DNA of 64,000 nt from Ruminococcus flavefaciens. GTDB taxonomy: Bacteria > Bacillota > Clostridia > Oscillospirales > Ruminococcaceae. The notes under the pieces are model-generated. The model was not told where the DNA came from and did not search any database. It saw nothing but the letters and a program-made list of their open reading frames with translations. Numbering within the stretch: the stretch's first letter is position 1; every line of letters begins with the position of its first letter. The DNA is taken from the NCBI GenBank assembly GCA_004554385.1, contig SFMO01000143.1:7051-71050 (forward strand). The letters are read 5' to 3'. This document shows, piece by piece, positions 54,469 through 64,000 of this stretch. A program made the position numbers and the translations under genes.

Positions 54469-55296
54469 TTGAAAAGGCTCTATATCACAGACCTTGACGG
54501 TACACTTCTCAGCACGGAGGGCAGTATATCTGCAAAAACTGCCGCTATTCTCAATTCTCTGACAGCTGAAGGCATATGCTTCACATTTGCAACTGCAAGG
54601 TCAGTGTATTCCGCAAAGCCTATAACCTCGGCTCTGGATATAAACGTGCCGTGTATACTTATGAACGGTGTGAGTATCTACGACCTGAGAGCAGATGGAT
54701 ATCTCGCTAATCAGTATATACCCGTGAGTGCTTCGGAAAAGGTCATTGAGGCCTTTGAACGTGAGAAGGCGGAGGTTTTCCTCTACCGCTTCAACGATGA
54801 GGTGCTTACCTGTTACTATACGAAGGTGACTACAAGAGTCATGAAGAGCTTTGCAGAGGTCCGCAGGAACCGCTATAACAAGCCCTATGTTCAGTGTGCT
54901 GATCTCCTTGACGCCGCTGATGGAAGGACTATTTACTATACGGCTCTGGACGAGCATGAAAAGCTCCTGCCCGTAAAGAATGCCATTGACAGTATCGATG
55001 GTGTGGACTATGCCTTCTATGAGGATACCTACACAGGGAAATGGTTCCTTGAGGTGTTTTCCGCAAAGGCTTCAAAGTCCAACGGACTGCGGTATCTCCG
55101 TGAGAGATACGGCTTTGATGAGGTGGTCGCATTCGGCGATAATCTCAACGACCTGCCTATGTTCAGTGAGGCGGATATAAAGGTCGCTGTAGGCAATGCA
55201 AGGGACGAGGTAAAGGCTGCCGCCGACTATATCATCGGCACTAACGATGAGGACGGAGTTGCAGAGTGGCTCCTTGCAGCGCACAATAAAACATGA
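54469..55296 (+). CDS. Cof-type HAD-IIB hydrolase
   Basis: DLDGTLL, ATAR, SK, FGDNLNDLPM, NDEDGVA; TTG start after GGAGG. Confidence 0.93.
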   Translation: MKRLYITDLDGTLLSTEGSISAKTAAILNSLTAEGICFTFATARSVYSAKPITSALDINVPCILMNGVSIYDLRADGYLANQYIPVSASEKVIEAFEREKAEVFLYRFNDEVLTCYYTKVTTRVMKSFAEVRRNRYNKPYVQCADLLDAADGRTIYYTALDEHEKLLPVKNAIDSIDGVDYAFYEDTYTGKWFLEVFSAKASKSNGLRYLRERYGFDEVVAFGDNLNDLPMFSEADIKVAVGNARDEVKAAADYIIGTNDEDGVAEWLLAAHNKT

Positions 55297-55327
55297 TAAT
55301 CTTTATTTAAGAAAGGACATAGATATA

Positions 55328-57058
55328 ATGAAGAAATTAATGCTTGGAAACGAAGCCTTCGCAAGAGGCTTATATGAAGCGGGCTGCCGCGTAGTATCAA
55401 GCTATCCCGGTACTCCCTCAACTGAGATAACAGAGGAAGTCGCAAAGTATGACGAGGTATACGCAGAGTGGGCTCCCAACGAGAAGGTAGCTATGGAGAC
55501 AGCTCTCGGAGCTTCTATTGCAGGCGCAAGAAGCTTCTGCGGAATGAAGCACGTTGGTCTCAACGTTGCTGCAGACCCTCTCTATACAGCAGGCTACACA
55601 GGCGTTAACGCAGGTATGGTCATCGCAGTTGCTGACGACCAGGGCATGCACTCCTCTCAGAATGAGCAGGACAGCCGTCACCACGCTATCGCTTCAAAGG
55701 TACCAATGCTCGAACCCTCTGATTCCACAGAATGTAAGGAGTTCGTCAAGCTTGCTTTCGAGCTTTCCGAGCAGTTTGACGCACCATTCATAGTAAGAAT
55801 GTCCACAAGAGTTTCTCACTCACAGAGCATAGTTGAAATGGAAGACCGCAATGAGCTTCCTCTCAAGGACTACGAAAAGACACCTAATAAATTCGTTATG
55901 ATGCCTGCTTACGCAAAGGGCAGACACGTTTTCGTTGAAGAGCGTACAAAGAAGCTCATCGAGTACGCCGAGACTTCTCCCCTCAACAGAGTCGAGATCT
56001 CTGACAAGGCTGAATTCGGTGTTATCACCAACGGCGCTGCATATCAGTATGTCAAGGAAGCTCTCGGCGACAAGGCTTCAGTCCTCAAGCTCGGTATGGT
56101 AAATCCTCTCCCTGTAAAGCTTATTCAGGACTTCGCAAAGAAGTACGAGCAGATATACGTTATCGAGGAGCTTGATGGCATTATCGAGGAGCACTGCCGC
56201 AACATCGGCGTAAACAACGTAAAGGGCAAGGAGATATTCGGCTACATAGGCGAGCTTCCACAGTCTGTTATCGCAGAGAAGCTTCTTGGCGAGAAGAAGG
56301 AATTCGTGGCTCTTGAAGATGATATCCCTGTACGTCCTCCTGTAATGTGCGCAGGATGTCCTCACAGAGGTCTGTTCTACTGCTTAAAGAAGCTTGGCGT
56401 AACAGTATCGGGTGATATCGGATGCTACACTCTCGGAGCTGCTGCACCTCTCAACGCAATCGATACAACTATCTGCATGGGAGCATCTATCTCGGGACTC
56501 CACGGCTTCAACAAGGCAAGAGGAGCAGAGTCAGAGCACAAGAGCGTTGCAGTTATCGGTGATTCTACCTTCATGCACAGCGGCATGACAGGTCTTGTAA
56601 ATATCGCTTACAACAATTCAAATTCTACAGTTATCATTCTTGACAACTCTATCACAGGTATGACAGGTCATCAGCAGAACCCCACAACAGGTAAGAACCT
56701 CAAGGGCGATCCTGCTGCGGCAGTTAACCTTGAAGAGCTCTGCAAGGCTATCGGTATCAAGCGCGTTCGCGTAACTGATCCTTACAAGCTTGCCGAGACA
56801 GAGGCTGCTATCAAGGAGGAGCTTGCTGCGGACGAGGCTTCAGTAATTATTTCCCGCCGTCCATGTGCACTTCTCAAGTACGTAAAGCACAATCCGCCTC
56901 TCAAGGTAAATGCTGACAAGTGCGTAGGCTGCAAGATGTGTATGAAGCTTGGATGTCCTGCTATCTCGATGCGTGACGGCAAGGCAGTTATCGACCATAC
57001 CCAGTGCGTAGGCTGCGGCATCTGCCAGGAGCAGTGTAAAGTCGGTGCTATTCAGTAA
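55328..57058 (+). CDS. iorA: Indolepyruvate:ferredoxin oxidoreductase alpha subunit
   Basis: YPGTPSTE, NEKVA, MKHVGLNVA, SSQNEQDSR, CAGCPHR, GDIGCY, GDSTF; C-terminal 2x[4Fe-4S]. Confidence 0.96.
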   Translation: MKKLMLGNEAFARGLYEAGCRVVSSYPGTPSTEITEEVAKYDEVYAEWAPNEKVAMETALGASIAGARSFCGMKHVGLNVAADPLYTAGYTGVNAGMVIAVADDQGMHSSQNEQDSRHHAIASKVPMLEPSDSTECKEFVKLAFELSEQFDAPFIVRMSTRVSHSQSIVEMEDRNELPLKDYEKTPNKFVMMPAYAKGRHVFVEERTKKLIEYAETSPLNRVEISDKAEFGVITNGAAYQYVKEALGDKASVLKLGMVNPLPVKLIQDFAKKYEQIYVIEELDGIIEEHCRNIGVNNVKGKEIFGYIGELPQSVIAEKLLGEKKEFVALEDDIPVRPPVMCAGCPHRGLFYCLKKLGVTVSGDIGCYTLGAAAPLNAIDTTICMGASISGLHGFNKARGAESEHKSVAVIGDSTFMHSGMTGLVNIAYNNSNSTVIILDNSITGMTGHQQNPTTGKNLKGDPAAAVNLEELCKAIGIKRVRVTDPYKLAETEAAIKEELAADEASVIISRRPCALLKYVKHNPPLKVNADKCVGCKMCMKLGCPAISMRDGKAVIDHTQCVGCGICQEQCKVGAIQ

Positions 57059-57217
57059 TCAGAGCTTAGAGCTAAGAACTTAGAGCTTAGAAATGGGGAG
57101 GACTAGTGAACTCGACCGCCCAAGAGCCCTTAGCCCTGTATGGGCTGGCACATTCGGCAGCCCGCTATCCGACCGAATAAGCAAAAATATCTTGTATGGA
57201 CGAATACCGTTCGCCCG
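57059..57217 (+). repeat. Five 7-bp tandem repeats followed by degenerate REP-like palindromes
   Basis: tcagagc ttagagc taagaac ttagagc ttagaaa; then gtatgggctg..cagcccg (57138-57164) and gtatggacgaa..ttcgcccg (from about 57194). Confidence 0.75.
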
Positions 57218-57271
57218 TATATATTCGATAATTACGAATTGTAAGTTTTACGGAGTAAGATCATGTTACAG

Positions 57272-57658
57272 ATGAACATTTATGAGGAATTCTCCCACTG
57301 GCTGGACGATATTCTCGAAAACAATGATATGCCCGAGGAGACAAAGGCATTCTGCTTCAATCTCTATGAGGAGTCCGATGAAGACCATATCTACGGCGCT
57401 CAGCTTATTGCCGCAGGGGAGTACGATCCCGAGGACAAGGAGGGCGAATGGGCTTGTGATGAGGTCTGGAGCTGCGAGGAAAATATCTTTACAGTGGAGA
57501 CTTCAGACGAGGACGACACCGGCTGGGCTCATGCACAGGAGCTCATTAAGGAAATGGTTGAGGAATACCTGAAAAACGGTAAGTACGCAGATATTCTCAG
57601 CAGTGCTGAGGCTGTTGCTATCGGCTTCGTTGACGGTGATCTGGAGATCATTTCCTGA
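57272..57658 (+). CDS. Acidic hypothetical protein inserted between iorA and iorB
   Basis: 128-aa very acidic ORF (AFCFNLYE...W.C...AIGFVDGDL). Confidence 0.8.
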   Translation: MNIYEEFSHWLDDILENNDMPEETKAFCFNLYEESDEDHIYGAQLIAAGEYDPEDKEGEWACDEVWSCEENIFTVETSDEDDTGWAHAQELIKEMVEEYLKNGKYADILSSAEAVAIGFVDGDLEIIS

Positions 57659-57803
57659 TAATGCGTGGAATATATGGAAAATATCCGATCTTATAACAGT
57701 GATCGGAAATGCCGGCAGCAGGAACAGGACGGACTCTTTTCAGAAGCCTGCCTGTCTCGCCGGGACATTATTAAAAACTATTATCATTAAGGAGTAATAT
57801 ATA

Positions 57804-58379
57804 ATGGAAACAAAATCAATCATGATAGTCGGAGTCGGCGGACAGGGTTCGCTTCTCGCTTCAAGACTTCTGGGAAATGTGCTTCTGGCACAGGGCTATG
57901 ACGTAAAGGTCAGCGAGGTACACGGAATGTCTCAGCGCGGCGGCTCTGTTGTTACATACGTAAAGTACGGCGACAAGGTTTATTCACCTGTTATTGAAAA
58001 AGGTGAGGCTGATGCCGTTATCTCCTTTGAGCTTCTTGAGGCTGCAAGATGTCTCCCTTATCTTAAGAAGGGCGGCAAGCTCATCACATCAACTCAGCAG
58101 ATAGATCCAATGCCTGTTATCACAGGTGCTGCAAAGTATCCTGAGAACCTTGTTGAAAAACTCAGGGCAGCAGGCGCAGAGCTGGTGGCAGTTGATGCTC
58201 TTTCACTGGCTGAGCAGGCAGGTACTGCAAAGGCTTCAAACGTAGTTCTCATGGGCGTTCTTGCTTCACGTATGGACTATCCCGATGAGCTCTGGCAGAA
58301 GGCACTTGAGCAGTGCGTACCGCCTAAGTTCCTCGAACTCAACAAGAAGGCTTTCGAGCTGGGTAAGGCTGCTAAGTGA
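57804..58379 (+). CDS. iorB: Indolepyruvate:ferredoxin oxidoreductase beta subunit
   Basis: GVGGQG, SEVHGMSQRGGSV, N.KAF..G. Confidence 0.96.
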   Translation: METKSIMIVGVGGQGSLLASRLLGNVLLAQGYDVKVSEVHGMSQRGGSVVTYVKYGDKVYSPVIEKGEADAVISFELLEAARCLPYLKKGGKLITSTQQIDPMPVITGAAKYPENLVEKLRAAGAELVAVDALSLAEQAGTAKASNVVLMGVLASRMDYPDELWQKALEQCVPPKFLELNKKAFELGKAAK

Positions 58380-58478
58380 TAAGAGAGATAAATCAGAAGC
58401 GGCGGATATTTCTGCCTGTACACTAAGAACATCATTATCTTTACATAATAAATCCAAATAATAAGGAGTAGAAGTCCA

Positions 58479-59786
58479 ATGGAAAAGTATTGGAACAAAG
58501 AGATCGAATGTATGCCGCGTGAGGATATGAAAAAGCTCCAGGACGAGCGCCTCGTGGCACAGGTTAAGCACGTTTACGAAAACGTGAAGTATTACCGTGA
58601 TCTCATGGACAAAAAAGGCGTAAAGCCGGAGGACATCAAGGGTACTGACGATCTTCACAAGCTTCCTTTCCTCAGTAAGGCTGACCTTCGCGAGGCATAT
58701 CCCTACGGACTCCTTGCAAAACCGCTCAGTGAATGTGTAAGGATACACTCCACCAGCGGTACTACAGGAAAGCGCGTTGTCGCTTTCTACACTCAGAATG
58801 ACGTTGACATGTGGGAGGACTGCTGTGCAAGAGCTATCACTGCTGCAGGCGGTACAAATGAGGACGTTGTACAGGTCGCTTACGGATACGGCCTTTTCAC
58901 AGGCGGTATGGGCGTTCACGGCGGCTCACATAAGGTAGGATGTCTCACCCTTCCTATGAGCTCGGGAAATACAGAGCGTCAGATACAGTTCATGCGCGAT
59001 CTCGGTGCTACCATACTTTGCTGTACACCTTCCTATGCGGCTTATCTTGGCGAGAGCCTCCACGATATGGGGCTTACTCCCGACGATGTAAAGCTCAAGG
59101 CAGGCATCTTCGGTGCTGAGCCGTGGACAGAGGAAATGCGCCGCAGTATCGAAAAATCACTGGGCATAAAGGCTTTTGACATCTACGGACTTACCGAGTC
59201 AAGCGGTCCGGGCGTTGCCTTTGAATGTTCCGAGCAGAGCGGTATGCATATCAACGAGGATAACTTTATCCCCGAGATCATTGATCCCGAAACAGGTGAA
59301 GTTCTTCCTGAGGGAGAGGTCGGCGAGCTTGTATTCACAAGCATAACCAAGGAGGCTTTCCCGCTTCTTCGTTACCGTACCCGTGACCTCTGTGTTCTCA
59401 GCAGAAAGAAATGCTCCTGCGGACGTACTCTCATTAAGATGGCTAAGCCTATGGGCAGAAGCGACGATATGATGATAATCCGCGGAGTTAACGTATTCCC
59501 ATCACAGATAGAGACAGTTCTTATCGAGCAGGGCTATTCACCTAACTACCTCATTGAGGTCGACCGTGTAAACAACACCGATACCCTTGACATCAGCGTA
59601 GAGATGAATCCCGATCAGTTCTCTGATAAGGTAAAGGATATGCAGAAGCAGGAGAGAGACCTCGCTGTTGCGATAAAGACAATGCTTGGTATCAACCCGA
59701 AGGTCCACCTTGTTTCGCCTAAGTCCATCACAAGAAGCGAGGGCAAGGCTGTAAGAGTTATCGACAGACGCAAGCTTCATGACTAA
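58479..59786 (+). CDS. paaK: Phenylacetate-CoA ligase
   Basis: STSGTTGK, YGYGLFTGG, CTPSY, GAEPW, IYGLTE, RYRTRD, GRSDDM.IIRGVNVFPSQIE. Confidence 0.95.
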   Translation: MEKYWNKEIECMPREDMKKLQDERLVAQVKHVYENVKYYRDLMDKKGVKPEDIKGTDDLHKLPFLSKADLREAYPYGLLAKPLSECVRIHSTSGTTGKRVVAFYTQNDVDMWEDCCARAITAAGGTNEDVVQVAYGYGLFTGGMGVHGGSHKVGCLTLPMSSGNTERQIQFMRDLGATILCCTPSYAAYLGESLHDMGLTPDDVKLKAGIFGAEPWTEEMRRSIEKSLGIKAFDIYGLTESSGPGVAFECSEQSGMHINEDNFIPEIIDPETGEVLPEGEVGELVFTSITKEAFPLLRYRTRDLCVLSRKKCSCGRTLIKMAKPMGRSDDMMIIRGVNVFPSQIETVLIEQGYSPNYLIEVDRVNNTDTLDISVEMNPDQFSDKVKDMQKQERDLAVAIKTMLGINPKVHLVSPKSITRSEGKAVRVIDRRKLHD

Positions 59787-59857
59787 GTTACAAACAGACG
59801 GGAAATGCCGTCTGTTGAATAAAACATATTTTTCATTATTTTAAGGAGGTTTCATTT

Positions 59858-60082
59858 ATGAAAATCAAATTATTTTCCACAAATTATATGCCGGAGCAGG
59901 AGAAGTATCAGAGATTCGCAGCTTTTGAGAACGAGCTCAATCAGTTTATTTCAACAGTAAAGGTCATCGATATAAAGTACAGCACTGCTGCAGGACTTTG
60001 CCATGACGCTCAGACTCACGTTAACGAGTATGTTGATGAGCACTCTGTTCTCGTTATGTATGAGGATCTCCCAAAGAAGTAA
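59858..60082 (+). CDS. Small protein resembling DUF2758/Cse60
   Basis: IKLF...E.ELN.FI...VIDIKYS...SVLVMYE pattern; RBS AAGGAGG. Confidence 0.65.
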   Translation: MKIKLFSTNYMPEQEKYQRFAAFENELNQFISTVKVIDIKYSTAAGLCHDAQTHVNEYVDEHSVLVMYEDLPKK

Positions 60083-60127
60083 TAACTGATTTCAGTCAGG
60101 CTATAATAAACAAAGGAGGACCGTCGT

Positions 60128-60562
60128 ATGTCAAACGTAAGACAGATCTCGGTTTTTGTAGATAATATGCCAAATCAGGCAGCAGGCGTTATGAGAATAA
60201 TCAAAGAGAAGGGCATAAACCTCAGAGCTCTCAGCCTTGCTGATACTGCTGATTTCGGCATAATCAGACTCATTGCCAATGATACCGAAAAAACAGTGGA
60301 GATACTGAGAGCAGCTTCGTATGCAGTTAATGTGACAGAGGTGCTTGCAATATCCATCCCCGATACCCCGGGACAGCTCAGCCGTGTACTCGATGTACTC
60401 GGTCAGGATAACGTCAATGTTGAGTATATGTACTCTTTCCTCGGAAAATCCGACAGGGCTGTATCCTTTGTTATCCGTGTTGACGACAATGGTCAGGCAT
60501 CTGAAGCACTCAACAGGGGCGGTATTATTCAGCTTACCGAAAATGACATTGCTGAAATGTAA
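60128..60562 (+). CDS. Tandem ACT-domain protein (paaK-associated)
   Basis: QISVFVDN, INLRALSLADT.DFGI.R, D.PG.L, NVEYMY. Confidence 0.92.
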   Translation: MSNVRQISVFVDNMPNQAAGVMRIIKEKGINLRALSLADTADFGIIRLIANDTEKTVEILRAASYAVNVTEVLAISIPDTPGQLSRVLDVLGQDNVNVEYMYSFLGKSDRAVSFVIRVDDNGQASEALNRGGIIQLTENDIAEM

Positions 60563-60683
60563 GTTTTGCACAAAAAGAGAGCCTGTTTTGAAAATATTTT
60601 AAAAACGCTTGACATAATTCCCGTTGATGTTGTATAATGATATTGCGATATTAACGAGAAAATATTCGACAGGAGTGATGGAA

Positions 60684-61118
60684 ATGGGTATTCTCGATAA
60701 ATTCAATGACGCAAGCAGGGGTGTGTCTGAAAAAGCTAAAAATATCTCAGAAGCCAATAACCTCAAAAGAAAGATTCTTTATGAAGAGGAAAGGATAGTA
60801 GAGATATTTACCGATATCGGAAAGAGATACTATAAGAATCCGGGAGAGGATCCTGCGGCTCTTAAAGTGCTTTGCGACGATATAGATACAAGACGCAGAA
60901 GGATCAAGAAAATGAGATATGAGCTCAACGGCATAAGAGGATATAAGATATGTCCAAAGTGCGACGCTGAGGTAAATGAAAGATTCCAGTTCTGCGGACG
61001 CTGCGGCGCAAGACTTCCCGACATCGAGGATGAGGACTTTATGTCCCTCGAAGCAAACGATTACTATACAGAAAGCAGCAATAATTTCTTCAATGCTGAT
61101 TCCAACAAGAACTATTGA
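60684..61118 (+). CDS. Coiled-coil plus zinc-ribbon protein
   Basis: CPKC...FCGRCG; RBS AGGAG. Confidence 0.85.
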   Translation: MGILDKFNDASRGVSEKAKNISEANNLKRKILYEEERIVEIFTDIGKRYYKNPGEDPAALKVLCDDIDTRRRRIKKMRYELNGIRGYKICPKCDAEVNERFQFCGRCGARLPDIEDEDFMSLEANDYYTESSNNFFNADSNKNY

Positions 61119-61535
61119 TCATATAGGCTGTTCTGAGGCTTTCGGAACAGCCTTTTTATTACAGAAACGTGCGCTGATGATTCTGCAAAGAAGCCGCGCA
61201 GGGATACACAGTACGAACCAGAACGCCGAAAATGGAATGCATATCTGTCCGAGAAAATTAAAGGGCATGTCAGAGTAATCCCAGACGTTCCAGTGCATAA
61301 TAATGTTATCGAAAATTCCTACGGTCAGCTCTATGGCTGTTATTAGCAGAGAGCCGAGGGCGCAGCTCCGCAGCAGCGTCATAGTCCTGCGGCTGTTTAT
61401 GGTGTAGAGCAGTGCCATCACTATACCGCCTGTCAGACACATTGTCCAGTGTGTATAGCCTCGCATGACGATCTCTACAAGGCTGTAGCAGAAGTATCCC
61501 ATCAGGAAAGAAAACAACAGCTGTGAAAGCTTCAT
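61119..61535 (-). CDS. Membrane protein (putative ABC transporter permease-like family)
   Basis: E...RGYTHW.M...GG, WDYS..PFN..GQIC..FS..W. Confidence 0.8.
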   Translation of the reverse strand: MKLSQLLFSFLMGYFCYSLVEIVMRGYTHWTMCLTGGIVMALLYTINSRRTMTLLRSCALGSLLITAIELTVGIFDNIIMHWNVWDYSDMPFNFLGQICIPFSAFWFVLCIPARLLCRIISARFCNKKAVPKASEQPI

Positions 61536-61613
61536 CGTATCACCTCAGATCATGATATATACGGATTATTACCATTTTTATACTGATTATACAGGAAAGG
61601 AAGTTGAATAAAT

Positions 61614-63086
61614 ATGCGAAAAAGCTGTATACTTATGCACATATCCAGTCTGCCGTCGGAATACGGCATAGGTCAGATGGGAAAGGCTGCCTTTGAATTT
61701 GTGGACTTTCTTAAGTCCGCAGAGGTAAAATGCTGGCAGATACTGCCGCTGTCACCTACGAGCTACGGCGATTCGCCTTATCAGTCCTTCTCGGTAAAGG
61801 CAGGAAATCCGTATTTTATAGACTATGAGGTACTTGAAGGGGACGGACTCCTTGAGCACCATGAGTTCGCCTCTTTTGACTGGGGCAGAAACCCCGGAAA
61901 CGTGGATTACAGCCTCCTCTATCAGCACTGCTATGAGGTGTTGAGGATAGCCTACAGCCGCTTCAAGCCTGCTAAGTTCCCCGAGTATAAGGTGTTCTGT
62001 GAGGAGAACAAGAAATGGCTGGACGAGTATGCACTGTTCATGGCGCTGAAGTTCAGGAACGGCGGCAAGCCGTGGTATGAATGGGAAGAGGAGCTGTCCA
62101 TGCATAAGGCAAAGGCGGTTTCAGCTGCCAAAAAGGAACTGAAAAAGGACATCGGCTTCCATAAATTCATTCAGTTCGAGTTCAGCAGACAGTGGAAAGA
62201 ACTGAAAAAATATGCCAACGACAACGGTATCGAGATAATAGGTGATATACCTATATACTGTGCTCTGGACAGCGTGGAGGCATGGGCGTCGCCCAGACTT
62301 TTCCAGTTCGACAGGAAGCGCCGCCCAATAGCAGTTGCAGGCTGTCCCCCTGATGATTTTTCGCCGCTGGGACAGCTCTGGGGAAATCCGCTCTATAACT
62401 GGTCTTATCACAAAAAGACAGGCTATGAGTGGTGGATAGACCGCATAAAGGCTGCTTCTGAGCTTTACGATATTGTTCGTATAGACCACTTCCGCGGCTT
62501 TGAGAGCTACTACGCCATTCCATTCGGAAACGAGGACGCTACTGTGGGCGAGTGGAAAAAAGGTCCGAACTATGAGCTGTTCAGACTGGCAGAGGAAAAA
62601 CTTGGCAAGCTGAATATCATCGCCGAGGACCTTGGCTTTATCACTCCCGAGGTAAGGGAGATGCTTGATAAATGCGGCTATCCCGGCATGAAGGTGCTTC
62701 AGTTCGGATTCTCCGACGGCAAGAACGAGTACCTGCCCCATAATTACAGCAGCACAAATTACTTCGCATATACGGGTACACACGATAATGAGACTCTCAA
62801 CGGCTGGGTGGAGACCTTAGACAAGAAGTCGCTGAAGTTCGCCATGCAGTACCTTAATGTCAAGAAGAAAAAGGAGATACCTATGGCTGTGGTCCGTGCA
62901 GCATGGGGAAGCGTTGCAAAGGTAGCTGCGGCACAGATACAGGATTTCCTTGACAGCCCTAAGGAGGGCAGAATGAATACGCCTTCAACACTGGGCGGAA
63001 ACTGGCAGTTCCGCACACAAAAATCAGACTTTACACCAGAACTTGCAAAGAAAATAAGAAAGCTTAACAGGAGATATAACAGATGA
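61614..63086 (+). CDS. malQ: 4-alpha-glucanotransferase (amylomaltase, GH77)
   Basis: WQILPL, DSPYQ, GDIPIY, GQLWGNP, RIDHFRG, AEDLG, TGTHDN, RMNTP. Confidence 0.97.
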   Translation: MRKSCILMHISSLPSEYGIGQMGKAAFEFVDFLKSAEVKCWQILPLSPTSYGDSPYQSFSVKAGNPYFIDYEVLEGDGLLEHHEFASFDWGRNPGNVDYSLLYQHCYEVLRIAYSRFKPAKFPEYKVFCEENKKWLDEYALFMALKFRNGGKPWYEWEEELSMHKAKAVSAAKKELKKDIGFHKFIQFEFSRQWKELKKYANDNGIEIIGDIPIYCALDSVEAWASPRLFQFDRKRRPIAVAGCPPDDFSPLGQLWGNPLYNWSYHKKTGYEWWIDRIKAASELYDIVRIDHFRGFESYYAIPFGNEDATVGEWKKGPNYELFRLAEEKLGKLNIIAEDLGFITPEVREMLDKCGYPGMKVLQFGFSDGKNEYLPHNYSSTNYFAYTGTHDNETLNGWVETLDKKSLKFAMQYLNVKKKKEIPMAVVRAAWGSVAKVAAAQIQDFLDSPKEGRMNTPSTLGGNWQFRTQKSDFTPELAKKIRKLNRRYNR

Positions 63087-64000
63087 AAAAATACGCTATA
63101 GCACTTGCCGCATTTTTACTTCTCACAGGATGCGGTTCAACTAAAAATGAAAAACAGGCTTCGAACGAAACAGAGACAACCTCTGTTACAAACGCTGTAA
63201 CAACTGAGACAACTACTGCGAAAACTACTGCCAAAACTACGACAACCACTGTATCTGCTGCTGCAAAAAAGACCACTGCAAAAACAACTGCTGCCAAAAC
63301 AACTTCCGCGACTACAGCGCACCTGCAAGCACTACCTCAGCAGTCAACAATTCTGAGGCAAACGATAATACGGCAGGAAATACTCCTGCACCTCAGCCTG
63401 CCGAAAAGCACTACACTCCGTACGGTGAGGAGATCCCCGAGGCAGAGTGGAACGGCATATGCAGAGTCAGGGAGAAATATGGTTTAAACTTCAAGGTCAC
63501 AGCACGATTCCTCTGTTGGGAGTCATGGCCTGAGAGAATAATCGAAGAAGACGGCACCGAGTTTGTTACCCATCGTGATACTTCCGAGCCTATTAAAGTT
63601 TACTATGAATTCGAGTGCGATGACGGCACCAAATTCGGCGCTTATATCAATGAAAATACAGACGTTGTGGTCGAGGACAACTTTTTGTGTGAGAAATATA
63701 AAGAGCAGTTGACCAATGAGGCAAGTGAGCTGTTCAGAAAATTAGTTCCGGACTGCAAGGCGGGTATATATATCAAGCGCGATTCAGTGCCTTTTGAATG
63801 TTCGGCTGATATGACATATGAAGAGTTCCGTCAGGCTTTTGCCGACAACGGCGGAACTGTTATCGGAAATCTGTACGTAACTGATGATATTGAAGTCACA
63901 GAAGATCTGACAAAATACAGTTATCGTCAGCATAGGCGCAAGCGCGGAGAGTTCGGCTATTATTGCAGACTCACAGTAGATAAGCTCTCGCAGGAGGATT
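63083..64000 (+). pseudogene. Lipoprotein with Thr-rich linker, frameshifted near 63318; runs off the window end
   Basis: Lipobox LTGC and a Thr/Ala/Lys linker in one frame; a protein-like continuation (APASTTSAVNN...REKYGLNF...) is open to 64000 in the -1 frame. Confidence 0.7.

Overview
Chromosomal window from a cellulolytic rumen-type Ruminococcus, most likely R. flavefaciens or a close relative. The inference rests on the intact scaC-scaA-scaB-cttA-scaE cellulosome scaffoldin cluster at about 15.0-26.1 kb. The rest is mostly core or metabolic: nadC, GTP-type PEPCK, dusB, ttcA, ung, metF, HU, mazG, trpS, Rrf2/cysK, holB-yaaT-queH, ybaK, hsp20 with a CIRCE, iorA/iorB-paaK-ACT, malQ, plus gerA/B/C-like and spoVB-like genes. 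No rRNA, tRNA, CRISPR array, transposase or prophage was seen. The most interesting observations are: (1) a lipoprotein whose domain looks like a circularly permuted cohesin, divergent from a lipid-anchored CBM79-like/GH5 gene and a dockerin-bearing SGNH esterase; (2) a ~370-nt multi-stem leader in front of scaC; (3) a Cys-terminated leader ORF (MFISILRRC*) and an operator shared by cysK and the Rrf2 gene; (4) an orphan promoter-terminator unit that may be an sRNA; (5) GTAG-type REP clusters and heptamer repeats marking small orphan-gene insertions. All assignments come from reading the sequence and recalling family motifs; no searches were run.
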